DNA of 62,113 nt, counting the filler, from Choristocarpus tenellus KU-1152 (lineage: Eukaryota > Protista > Phaeophyceae), in the NCBI GenBank assembly GCA_964200185.2. It is 13 parts of 13 records of this genome, joined end to end, with 100 filler letters (N's around TTAATTAATTAA, not from the genome) between each part and the next. Parts side by side here need not be neighbours in the genome. Positions count along the whole stretch, not along the records: positions 47,382 to 50,131 come from CAXNAD020025060.1; positions 50,232 to 53,397 come from CAXNAD020021826.1; positions 53,498 to 59,408 come from CAXNAD020009439.1; positions 59,509 to 62,113 come from CAXNAD020026343.1; 9 more parts are not named here. One strand, written 5' to 3'. The notes under the pieces are model-generated. The model saw only the letters and a list, made by a program, of their open reading frames with translations. It ran no database searches and was not told the DNA's origin. The position numbers and the translations under genes were made by a program. Shown one piece after another: positions 48,384-60,233 of this stretch; position 1 is the stretch's first letter, and each line of letters begins with the position of its first letter.

Positions 48384-51149
48384 AGTGCGAGCGAGGCTGT
48401 GTGTTCAAGTCTCACCTCTATTTTTCTTTTTTTGTCCTTGGTGTGTGTATGTGTTTTGCATAGGAGGCATTGTTTGTGGTTGTTACTGTTACATTTGATT
48501 GTTTCCCGAGATGGGGCAGGTTTGACTACTGTAGCAGTTACACAAGGAAGTTGAGGGAGGTGTAGAATAACCTACTTCAAAGTGTGTTGTGAGTGATAAA
48601 CAATATATATAATCTGTATATGGCACTCTGTTGTAATGGTGCAACACATCCTTCCATCTGGAGAGAAGATTGAGGGCATGCATGATGGCTACCGGTGACA
48701 TATCGCTTGATTAGATTTGTCCTGCTGAGTGGTGACTTGATGTTGCTGGCCCATGTTTGGAGCACAGATGTGCTTTGGTACATGGATCATTGGACATGGG
48801 CATGGGAAAACTACAATAAGAAAAGTGGAATAACTAGGTAAAGGGAGTTGCAATACGTGTGATCCTTGTTGTTGCGCAAGAATCAATTTTTCAAAAGACT
48901 ATACCATCACCATTCTTGCTTACCATATGGAAATGTGGGGGAACATGTTCCTATGGGGTTGAAAATCGGTGATACTTGGTGAGTGGTGAATCCTTTCTTA
49001 GGTTCTGAGTAGTACGTGTTTTATTTTATTTTTGTGTTTGTGTTTGTGTTTGTGTTGGCGTCAGGGTGAGTTCAATACAACAGCTACATGAGCGTTTCGT
49101 GTTGTGAAACAAGATAAAGAAGAGACTAGGCGTCTACATCAAAAAATAATAAAACTGTTAATAGTGCATAGGAGGAGTTGTGCAGGCTTGGCATGACAGC
49201 ACAACACTCATATCATTTGGTCTCTCAACAGATAGATGTTTTCGGTCTAACCAATGTAGTGAGGATATTGTACTACGTATTGTATTGTGACTTGTTTGGT
49301 GTGGCTAATAATGAGTCAAAAGGGGTTTTCTGTGTATATCGGAAGGTCAGGACTACCTGGAGGCACATCAGAACTGCCCACAGTAATGTTTTCAGACACT
49401 ATCTACTAGAATGTGTTAGCTACGAAGACTGCACATAAATACAAACCAGTTGGAAGAGTAGAAGGCACCAAACAGTGTTGAGGGGTTCTATATGGAGAGT
49501 CTGAGCGATTCAGTCAGAAACTGATACTAATATGTTCATTTCCTTGAGATGTAAAACCAGTGCCTCGAATACATCTCAAGTTTCTGAGCTGCTCTGATAG
49601 CAGTATTTTTGCGACATGCACATGGAGACATTTGAGCTGGATAAGGGTAGGGAGTATTTGCTGTGCTCAAATATGCAGAAGGAAAATGATATTTACACCA
49701 TTGTTGTACAATGCACTGGTTTTGCTCTCTTCTGTCTCTGCTTGGAGTGTCCTGACCTCACTCATCTCAGAAAGAATCGCACAGATATATATACCCTCTA
49801 ATATATAATTTGTGATTTATTGTACTTCTGCCAACCTATCGCCCCTCATCACACACATGCTGTGAGTGGTGAAGTGCAGGGACAATATTATGTAGTGATA
49901 GACTTCACTTGGTTGGGTGACGGTCCAAATCACAATACTATTAGAAACTAGTGACCAATAAAGACCAAAACAAAGACCTCATGCCTACTGGCTAGATCAA
50001 TAAGCGGGGAGAAGGTGGTAACTAGCTGCTGGCTGTCAAGCAACCCCAATAGAATAAGAGACCTAAAGTATCTGGGGGGGGGGGGGGGCTACACCGTGGT
50101 GTCCATTTGGGCCAAGGTCAGGAAAAGGGCANNNNNNNNNNNNNNNNNNNNNNNNNNNNNNNNNNNNNNNNNNNNTTAATTAATTAANNNNNNNNNNNNN
50201 NNNNNNNNNNNNNNNNNNNNNNNNNNNNNNNGGTCAGGCCCCGAATGGACACCCTAGTGTACCCCCCCCCCCCAGATACTTTGAGTCGGTAGTATATGTT
50301 GGACAGGTCGCCTTTTGGGGATATCCCAACACTGATGAGGAAAATACGTGCAGTCGTATATATTTGCGCGCGTTACCTTTTGCCATTGATGCCACTCCAA
50401 GTGATGTGGTGGGGGTCAGACGCACGACCACCTCGTGGTGTCATCGACATGAACGGTGAATTCAAACGAGGAAAGTCCGAGATTGTACTTTCTGCTCTGA
50501 CTGATCATAACCAATCACAGTCAAGATTGATCCACATGGCACTTTGAGGCTTTCAGCATACTCTCAGCATGCCTCAGTCTCATCTTTCACTTCCTTTCTG
50601 AACCTCATCTCTGGTGGTTCTTATCACCCCCCATCACACAGAACCAGGTCCCTTAACAGTGGTAGCGATGGCAATCTGTTTTGGGGGGTCATCAGAGATG
50701 TAGGGCCACACCACAATGGCGGACAAGAAGGAAGTGCAAACAACTCAAAAGGTTGTCGACCCTAGTCAGAAAGTCGAGACGACTTCAAGAAATAAAGCAC
50801 CATCAGGGAAGCGTAGGTTGAGAGGAAGGATAATCCAATATCCTCAAATGTGCAGATCCTGGGCCCGATCAAAAGAGCTAATATAACCTTGGTGTTTCAC
50901 TTGAACACGATGGCTCTGTCCAATGCCTGGGTGACGGTCCTCAACGTAACCTGGACCAGACCCTCTATCAAGCGTCGACCGAAGATGACAGGTACAAGGA
51001 GGACCGGAAGTTCGATATCCATAACAACTTCTTCATTTAACTCGGCGTTGTCACATGTCTAACACAATTCTGAAGTTTGGAGAGTGTGCAAGTCAGTCTC
51101 ACTGCTGCGACCCTGTCAAGTATAAACCAGCAAGATAAGATGAGTATAT

Positions 51150-53270
51150 TGACCCACCCTACCCTGAACACATCCTCTGGGGCTATGTACTTGAGCCCTT
51201 GATCATGATACATCTTTCTCACAAGGACTTACCATCATCATGAGTTCTGGAAAACAGTATTTGTCGTATTCCCCTGTTGCCAAATTTCAAAAATGGGTTA
51301 AACCTTACCCTCACGGGCGTATATCCAACAATCGCAGAGCACATTCTATCTCAAAAAGGAGTCAGGCTACCACCGACTTTTGTAGTTGGTCATATCTCCC
51401 CCGTGTCAACAACATATTCCGTTTCAGATGTTACCACAAGTGCAGTTGTAGCCACACCCTCTACTCCCGAACAACTGAAACAAGCTAGAGGTGATTCGAA
51501 GGTTTTTCCAAGAAGGCGTTTTGCAAATACACAACTGACGCTTCTGAACAAGAGGAATTACTAGATATAGTGGCTAAATGAAGACCAGTCTTCTCATTAT
51601 CTGAAAATGAATTAGGGTATTGCACCACTACTTCTGTTGACGTTCCAGCACAACCAGGCACTAAACCGGTTAGTAGACCACCGTATTGCATGGCACCAAA
51701 AATACGCGACACCATTCGTCAAGGTGTATCTTATATGGGAAAACAGACCATTGTAAAACTTCATCTAGCCTATGGGCATCCCCTGTTACCACTGTTGCAA
51801 ATTCTGATGGATCTCCTCGGTTCTGTGTGGAGTTTAGAGGAACTATTAATAAGAATTTGATATGTAATTCACGACCTTTACCATCCTTGTGTGAGTGTTT
51901 TTCAACCTTTTGGTGGTTCAAAATATTTATCTTGTTTAGATATACAATCAGCCTATTGACAGCTACCGATCACTGAGGAATGCGAACGACAAAGACTGCA
52001 TTCATCACATCAGGTCAGTAATTAGAGTTTCAGAGGTTACCAATTAGAGTACAAAACGCACCGTGGATCATCCAACGCTTCATGTCTGAAACATTTTCCA
52101 CAAACTGTCCTGCTCTGGGTTATTGGTATATTTTGACGATATGGTGTTAGCCTCTCCATCGTGGACACACCATAACAGTTAATCACTACAGTACTGTAAA
52201 CGTTACAAACTGTAGAGGTTATGTTAAAGCCGTCCAAGGCTCAATTTGGCTGAAAGAAAATCCTTTATTTGGGACATGATGTTAGTCGACAAGGAAAAGG
52301 TGTATCACAAGCTCGTATCGAAATTATTTTAGAATTCCATCCCCCTCAAACTGTGAAAGGCTTACAGTCTTTCTTAGGTTCTATGGACTTTGTCAGGAAG
52401 TACATTCTTCATCTAGCAATAGCAACAGAACCGTTAATTGAATTGATTCACCATACACAAAAGGTTCAAAAAGAGATCAAGCCACCCGAAAGAAATAAAA
52501 AAAGATAAAAAAAAGTGACATCTCATCTAGATGGAACCGACCGCAACAAACTGCTTTTGACAAGTGCAAACGACGTTTAACCATGGCTCCAGTTCTACAC
52601 TTCCTGGTTTTTCAAAGGAATATTAGAGCCAAAGTATCTTAGAGAGTAGAGCTGCGTCCATTCGGGGGTCAAAATCCAATGTTGCGATTTTGATGTAATT
52701 TTGGCTATCGTGTTTGTTACGAAGTGTCAATATCCATGGTTCCGGACAATTTTTCATAACATACACATTTTATTTTGTATACTCCTAAACATTTTGGAGT
52801 AGGAAAATGCCATTAAAAAAACATGGGAAGCCAAGCTCCAAATGGACTAACTGTTAGGCACTCTTTTTGTGCGGCAGAATGTTTTCTATGGGAGAGGCAA
52901 AGTAAGGCGCTATGGTTTGTCATTCTTTCAAGATTGCCATCATCATTTTTTATGGGCCAAAACCGTTCCTATCACAACATTACTGGCATCTACAAGCAAA
53001 ATAAGAGTGAATGTATCTTAGAGGGTACGAGTTTTTTCCTGTTTGTCCATTTGTCAATTCAACACTGGAGACCATATATTTGGGGTAGCATTTTCACAGT
53101 TTTTATTTATCATTCAGTCTTACGGTGACTGCATACGATGCAAGACATGTCCAACCTGTTAACTCGATGTGCCCTACCTCTGCAGAGTTTTGATTTCACC
53201 GTCCTTCATAAGCATGGCAGATTACATTACATCCCAGATATGTTGTCATGTCCTCAACTGGAAGAAATCT
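51150..53270 (+). pseudogene. Ty3/Gypsy pol remnant (RT, RNase H)
   Basis: WASPVTTV..DGSPRFCVEFR, YFDDM, LGHDVS..G, LQSFLG, LTMAPVL, QHWRPYIWG, LQSFDFTVLHK..PDMLS. The DAS-containing segment is inverted at 52848-53004. Confidence 0.9.
52626..53053 (+). mobile_element. MITE family A copy 5, split by an inversion
   Basis: The left part is 52626-52847. The right end lies inverted at 53005-53053. TSD TTA is at 52623-52625 and, reverse-complemented, at 53002-53004. Confidence 0.85.
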
Positions 53271-53339
53271 GTATACATGGATCTGAACCATCGCCCCTAA
53301 CCCCTACATGTCGAAGTGTGGGAGGGACAAAGTATCTGG

Positions 53340-53370
<31 letters not shown>

Positions 53371-54123
53371 CGTTTTTTCCCCCTTTTTTTTTTTTTTNNN
53401 NNNNNNNNNNNNNNNNNNNNNNNNNNNNNNNNNNNNNNNNNTTAATTAATTAANNNNNNNNNNNNNNNNNNNNNNNNNNNNNNNNNNNNNNNNNNNNGGG
53501 AAGGGGAGTGGTGGGTGCGGCGGGCGGGGGGGGTGGCGGGTGAAGGCAGTTTATGTGTTTTAGAAAGGTGTGAATCCTTGGTATGTAAATTTACATGTTC
53601 TTAGTGTAACTTATAGGTAAGCCTGACACTAATCCTGACCCTGGCCCTGGCCCTGTCCCTGACCCTGTCCCTGACCCTGTCCCTAACGCTAAGCCTGTAC
53701 CTTGCTGCCCGCCCTACCTTTTTACAGTTACAACCTTGCAACAACGACGACAGTAGTAAACAACAACTACCCGCCTTCCATTGCGGGCATGTACACAATC
53801 ACCTCATAAAGGCATACACAGGAGTTTCAAATCTCAGCGTTGGGAGGTAATGGTGCGGTTGTCCCACCAGAGCAGAGGCCCACACACACACACACACACC
53901 CTAGCCCTAACCCTAACCAATCACAGCACGACGGAACACACAGGTCCAGACACATGACTAGGGACTAACATCAAGTATGCATGTACAAAGGCAGGACCAC
54001 ATCCCGAATTCAACTTTTCAAGTGCATTTGGCAAGTGACAAAAAGGGCTTAACCCCTTCCCTTGCTCCAATAAAGAGTTGCTGTTGTTGGGAAAAAACAG
54101 AGTTGACACTGCTGTATCACACA

Positions 54124-54356
54124 AGGTCCAAACAGGGTCCAAACAGGGTCCAAACAGGGTCCAAACAGGGTCCAAACAGGGTCCAACAAAGGGTCCAACA
54201 AAGGGCCAACCAAGGTCCAATCAAGGTCCAACCAAGAGCCAACCAAGAGCCAACCAAGGGTCAACCAAGGTCCAACCAAGGGTCAACCAAGCGTCAACCA
54301 AGGTCCAATCAAGAGCCAATCAAGGGTCAACCAAGGTCCAACCAAGGTCCAACCAG
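54124..54356. repeat. 11-12-bp minisatellite (GGTCCAAACAG drifting to CAACCAAGGTC)
   Basis: Direct reading. Confidence 0.9.
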
Positions 54357-55196
54357 GCGGACTGTACCTCGTCACATCCGGCTTCCTCTACGCTAACTAT
54401 CACAATTGTTCGCACCTTGACCATGTGCCAATGCTTGTTTGGACTAGCCATCGACACTGATCAGTACTTTCAGTACATGAAGGAAGCTCAAGGAGAGTAG
54501 TATTAGAGTTTTCATCTTCCCTTCTAACTTGACCTTCCCACCAATCCATGTAGGGCCTTTCCCCGCTAGAACCTGGGGGTGTTTCCTCTAGCGGCGAGCA
54601 AGCCAACAAGGGCAGGCTTGAAGAGCAGAAGTAGTAATAACATGGAAACAAAAAAAAATGAGCTAAGGGAACCCTAACCCTAACCCTAACCCTAACCCAT
54701 ACTATTGACAACACATGAATGAATCCATACACAAATTTTGTTCCGATAAAAATTTGAAGCTTGAAACTCAGTAGAGTGCTGTGCAGACATGTGTTTATGT
54801 GTATACAAAGAGATAGCGTGTGACCCGATTGAGTAGCATTGAAAGGGTGTACCTTTCACAGTCTCAAAGCACTACCCCCTTGCGTATGGATGTCACCACA
54901 CTTCGAACACGGGCCTCCCCACCCCGGTTGCTATTTCCATTCCACAGATGTGAACCGGTTGTCCTTCTCATACCTAGACCTTTTCCGTTCGCAAAATTTT
55001 TTGACACGACCGCTTGGCCAGCTTGATTATCACCCAAAGGGTTGGTTACTTGGAGGAGCATCTTGGGTGCAAAAACACTTGGGAAGGCAGAGTTGATGGC
55101 ACCGGATACCCAAATAATGTGGGGCAAAATGAGACCAATAAAGCAAACACTCGTAAAGTGCCGAAACCTATGCTTTACACTTCTCTAAGGACTCGC

Positions 55197-56115
55197 CTCC
55201 TCTAGCTTGTCCAGCGTTTCCTCAAGAGGGCCAGTCATGCCAAAGAGTGCTTCAAGGTCTCCCAAGAAACGCAAACGGCTCTTCTGGAGACCCTCCGAAA
55301 ACTTACTCACACTGGCTGCATCTGCCGCTTGCCTGTGGGGTTAGACATTATAAGTGGTGTATATGGGGCCAAGGGCAGTCGCATGAGGTTAACTTCCAAT
55401 GTGGTCGGTCAAGATCGTGTCGAGTGTAGGTAATCTGAAGTTGTAGAAGTTTCAGGTTTATACAGGCTTGAGGGGAAGAGCAAGCGGTAAGAGATAGGAA
55501 AAAACCACCTGGAAAACTTCGAGAGAAAACAGGAGGGCGATCATGCATGTCAATGACATATAGTTGCATTATAACTTGGTTCAACAGTGGTATTTCTCAT
55601 GTTGACCTGGTCAAGTACGGCTCAAGTTTGACTACGGGCATGCCTTCAACCAGCCCTCGAGACTCTCCAGACAACGCAGGCTACAAGCTGAAACATTGGT
55701 AGAAGGTAAAGATCACTGTTCTATAATCTCGTTTGTGATTGAACTGACACTTGTGAAGCAATCGCTGAGGGTGCAAATGCCAATCAACCTCCTTGCATTA
55801 CCTCTCCTTCACGTAGCTTGCTGTTTCCTTCAAAGCCTGATTCAGCTTTCCAGTTTGGGCAGCATTTGCTAAGTTCTTGGCCTGTTCCACACCTTCCTCT
55901 GCCCGCTTCCTAAAGTAGTCAAAGACCATGCTCAAGTTGGTCCTTCCCCTTCTTGATCCACCTGGCCCAACCCATGATACTCCAGTTGTTCGTGCGCCAA
56001 CTGTACAATATGCAGGACGCCTGGAAAAAGAAGATGTGAATGTAAACGCTTCACTGGTTGTAAGAGCACAGAGCCCCAGCAGCGCGGCAGGCAGGGTCTG
56101 TTGACCCACCATCAT
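55197..56115 (-). CDS. ftsY: Plastid SRP receptor cpFtsY, 5' exons with bipartite targeting signal
   Basis: Exon 56115-55802 has a signal peptide, SEA|F motif, transit peptide, then MVFDYFRKRAEEG... Exon 55332-55197 reads KFSEGLQKSRLRFLGDLEALFG..LEETLDKLEE (FtsY N-domain start). The GTPase exons are not in this contig. Confidence 0.8.
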
Positions 56116-56317
56116 GAGTCGTGGGTTGAGGTGACCATGATTGGGACAAGAACCCAATGTCAACCAAACATCGTGAGGAGAGCGCGAGGAAAAATGTCGC
56201 GCGAAACCTCCTCCTCGTTCACCTTTCAAAATCTTTGAAAAATCTTTTTGGCAACTCCAATTGGTATAAATATCACGAGTACTCCCTCCCTTCTCATAAA
56301 GCTCTCAGCTGCAAGGG

Positions 56318-59300
56318 ATGAAACATCTTCAAGGGATTACACTCTTTGTTTTGGGTTCACTATGGAGATGTTCGTTGTTGAGTCAATGTCGAGAGTTGAA
56401 GGTGGTACGAGATGGGACATCATGTGGAGACGTCAATGTGGTGCTTCGCGACTGTGTCCACGGGAATGACAGCTACATACTGCACGACATCGGTTTTTAC
56501 TCCAATACTATACGCCACGGCTCTATCGTGGAAGCATCCGAAGTGTCGGTTCGTAGTGACCTTTCTTGGTTCAGAGCTATCCATATTTGTGGGTTTTGTC
56601 TTTTTCTTTCCTGTGGTGGAAGTAAATCCCTGCACAGTTTCCGCCATGAGTTCCATTGTGAATAGTTTGTGTGAGGAGGAGTAGTCTTCGAGACTTGTTC
56701 AGTGTCCTCATATGAGCCCTCGACACCCTAATGCAACATGGGCAGGTCCTTCTTGATGTAATCGTCTTCTCTGATTCTGTCAACGCGGCGGCATCCCTGA
56801 TTGCCTTCCGCGACCTTGAGAGCAAAGGGCCCGTGCTAATGTGCTTGATGCTGGACATGCAGTTCGACAGGATAGCTTGCAATGTAAGTAGCACTGTAGA
56901 GTATTACTGATCCTATATTGGAGCAATTTCCAGGGTCAAAATAGATCTAAGAGTATTCTTTTTGCTGAGAGAATAGTCCTTGAGAATGTAAGAGTGAAGT
57001 CCTCTTGGTAATATTCATAATCGGCGATGAATCGCCTAGTCACGAGCACAAGACTGCACTCTCCAAGTCTCTGAGTCACCCATACTCACTTTCTGACCCC
57101 CTGAGAGGCTCCATCCTCCACCCCTTGTCACTTTTCCACTCAACAAGTGTCTATGATTACATCTTTTTTTAGCGCTAAAGTTGAATGATATCTTTCAAAT
57201 ACAGCATTACAGCCACAACGAGATCAAGCTACATCAGCTTGAGGAAGGTGAGCATGTGCTGCATGCATGGTTGGAGGATCCTTTCAAGCAAGCAATCGAC
57301 TGCTCTTCCCCGGCCCACTACATCAAGTTTGGGATAAGCCGTGAAAAATCAGGTGAAAAGTCTAAATAGGTATCCTTCGAATCTTCCCGTCTGACACCCT
57401 TTTGTCTCTCCCCCCATCTAGAAGGACCCAATCTGCCATACAATACCACACATAAGGGTGCCCTTTGTCATCTACAACACATTTTCGATACTGGATCGGT
57501 CCTTCTACAACCAAACACAAAGTCGTAATCAACAGCAGCTGTGGCGAAAATTAGAGTCTGTATTTGGTAGTCACAAAGGTCTCGCAACAAATTGAGCATC
57601 AATGTGCTCTTGACCAAGCCGTTGACCAACTCAACTTGAGCACAACTCCCGTAGGTGTAGGAACTATAGTCTAAAGAGGGTAAAAGTGTGGGTGGTGACT
57701 TCCTGTTGCCAAAGAACATGTTGTCGTCTCCTTGTCGCCCATGTGCTGCTCAGATTTTGACCAACTCAGTTATTTGAGTCCAACACCAGATGTTAAGATA
57801 CTCAGTCCAAGAGATAGGTCCAGCCTTGACGTTGACGGCAATCGACTGGAGCTGGAACTTAGACCCTCTCAGCTAGGGAGTTCCCTGGACAGTATCTGCC
57901 CTCTTCGACTAGTCATAGAGGTGGGTGTTTTGAAGAATGTGTTAAGGTATATCCGAAGCAACGCTTCCTTCAGAAAAAAAATATCAAGGTCCTTTCTAAT
58001 CCCATTCTGGAGCAAGAGATTGACACCAACAAAAAACATGATCCGAGAAAACATGGAGGGATAAGGTACAGCAGAGTGTAGACCTATAAGTGGGAGGGTT
58101 GCCAGTGGTGAGAGGGATTTTCTTAGATGTCATGGAGAGGCAGGCAAGTGCATCGCAACAACTAGGAGTGCGAGATCTGGAGTCTACTGGAGTCTCTCCT
58201 CCTCTCTCAGTGCTACCTCCCTCTTTCGTGAGGACTAGTTGCACGCAATCCGTATACAAAATATCGTTTGAAAGACGATTTCAATGACTATCAGCAGGTC
58301 TCAACCTTTCTCATATTGTACCAGTTGCATGCCATAGTTATCTTGGACTCTCAAGTACTCTCCTCATTCAACTCTCTCGTACACTCTTTTGCGCTTTGAC
58401 AATGTCCAAGGTGGATACCAGGGTTGTACACATCTCCGAACTATCTCAACCCCCCATGGGAAACCTCCACAGCGATCGCGCGTTGACCCTCTCTGTGGAG
58501 CTGGGACATCTGATCGGTGAAGGGTCGGGTATACACATTATCGAGGCATACATGGCTTCTTTATGTTACGACCAACAGAAACGTAGTGAGGAGGACGCAG
58601 ACAAAAGTCGACCCAAGGTGGACCAATCTAGGATGATAGTAGAAGATCGACCCAGAGACGTGTTGGAGTCGGGTTTGGGCTCAACACCTCGGCAAGGTGC
58701 TGAAGACAGAGAGGGAGGAGGCCTGGTTCTGCCAATTCCGTCGCAGTCAGCAGCAACAACGGATCGAGTTCAGAACAGAACAAACAAAGAGGGGGGACTC
58801 GAGGGTGTGGGGTATACTCCAGTGGGAAGTCGAGCAATGGTGTCAGTGTATTGTCGTCCTAGTCCGTACCACAGAAGGCGTTCAGGTTCCCTGACAGAGG
58901 TGCCGGGACCGAACACTGTACCAGAGACCTCACTGTCAACGGCAGCAGAAGGTGCAATGATGCGATTCGCTAGCGGTAGAGAGTCGGTGTCAACTGTGTC
59001 CGATAACAAGTCGAGGGTTCAAGCTCATGGTTGTCGAGATCCTGGAATCAATGCAGGGTCTGTGGAGAGGGATACCGGTGCAATAGAGTCGACCGTTCCG
59101 GTACACAAGATGAGGATGACTAGGGTACATAACATCAGTGCTGGATCTACAAGGCCGCCAACTGGAAAGGGGGATATTGCTGGAGTTGACAGGAATGGCT
59201 GCGTGGAGACTGATGAGAATGATATCATGGACAGATCGGGGATGGTTGTTGTGACAGCTGCCAACAGTCCTTATCATCGACGAGTGGCCAATCTGGTGGG

Positions 59301-59350
59301 GTCTCTTCATTACTGGGAGCCAGGGCTGCATATTTTCCTGTGGGACATTG
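56318..59350 (+). CDS. Putative secreted multi-exon protein with C-terminal DUF1647-like (GT-A-like) domain; partial
   Basis: Hydrophobic N-terminus at 56318. Coding-like blocks at ~57200-57350 (LEEGEHVLHAWL), ~57755-57945 (VKILSP) and 58396-59350 ending VVVTAANSPYHRRVANLVGSLHYWEPGLHIFLWDI G|gtgaga. Internal exon borders are uncertain. Confidence 0.55.
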
Positions 59351-59508
59351 GTGAGATGAACGCTAGGTGGTAGAGAGATGGCTAGGTATCTGGGGGGGGG
59401 GGTGACGGNNNNNNNNNNNNNNNNNNNNNNNNNNNNNNNNNNNNNNNNNNNNTTAATTAATTAANNNNNNNNNNNNNNNNNNNNNNNNNNNNNNNNNNNN
59501 NNNNNNNN

Positions 59509-59751
59509 CCAAGCCACAAACGGACAAAGGCTCAAAGTATCTGGGGGGGGGGGGTGGTTGTCCGTTTGGGGTTAATTTTTTCATGGTGTGATTTCTGGGT
59601 GATTTGGTTGTATAAATCGGATAGACAATGTAAATTCACTTTTCCTGATTTTGACCCAAATGGACACCCTGTTGTAGAACCTACCCCCCCCAACCCCAGA
59701 TACTTTGGGTCAAACAGGGCAAAACTCGTACCCTCTAAGATACTTTCACTC
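59509..59751 (+). mobile_element. Right end of a MITE A copy with a complete MITE B (59529-59711) nested inside
   Basis: AAA|GGCTCAAAGTATCTGGGG...CCCCAGATACTTTGGGTC|AAA sits within the family A sequence GGACAAACAGGG; the family A TIR ends at 59751. Confidence 0.92.
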
Positions 59752-60233
59752 TAAATGGGATAGTAAAGGAAGGTGCGCTCAGATGAAGAAAATTGCCCTT
59801 ATATCTGACACGCTTACTCAAATGGCATGGGAATCAATCACTACAAGGTCAAACAGACACCTAATGGACGCCTGGACTCCCTCTAGGATACTATGGGTCT
59901 GTAATTTGGTCCATATTGACAAAAGGCCGCGTTTCACTGCAAGGGTAAACATATATTCTGATCAACTGTATTTTAAAGCAATGCGGAAAAGTTCCTGTTT
60001 GGTCTCAAGCAAAGGGATATTAAACCTTGTCGTGAGGTGATGGATGCAATCGCTTAAGGACTGTGGACAGGTGAATTACAGGCAAGATTCTCTATATTTA
60101 ATTTATTGGCACAATTTCTACTCACTCTTTATGCCCAAAATAAAAGTTTGATCGTACCCTACAAAATACTATTATCCCTCCCTTCCTTGAAAGGCATAGT
60201 TATCTCTCAAAGTGTTTCCCCCTCCTCTGCAAG

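Noticed and set aside
53977-54500. Gln/Pro/Gly-rich ORFs
   Set aside because: Translation of an 11-12-bp minisatellite that is open in several frames.
3883-59508. Recurrent TTAATTAATTAA motif and ORFs ending in X..LIN
   Set aside because: Artificial six-frame-stop linkers; no cross-contig gene cluster can be inferred.
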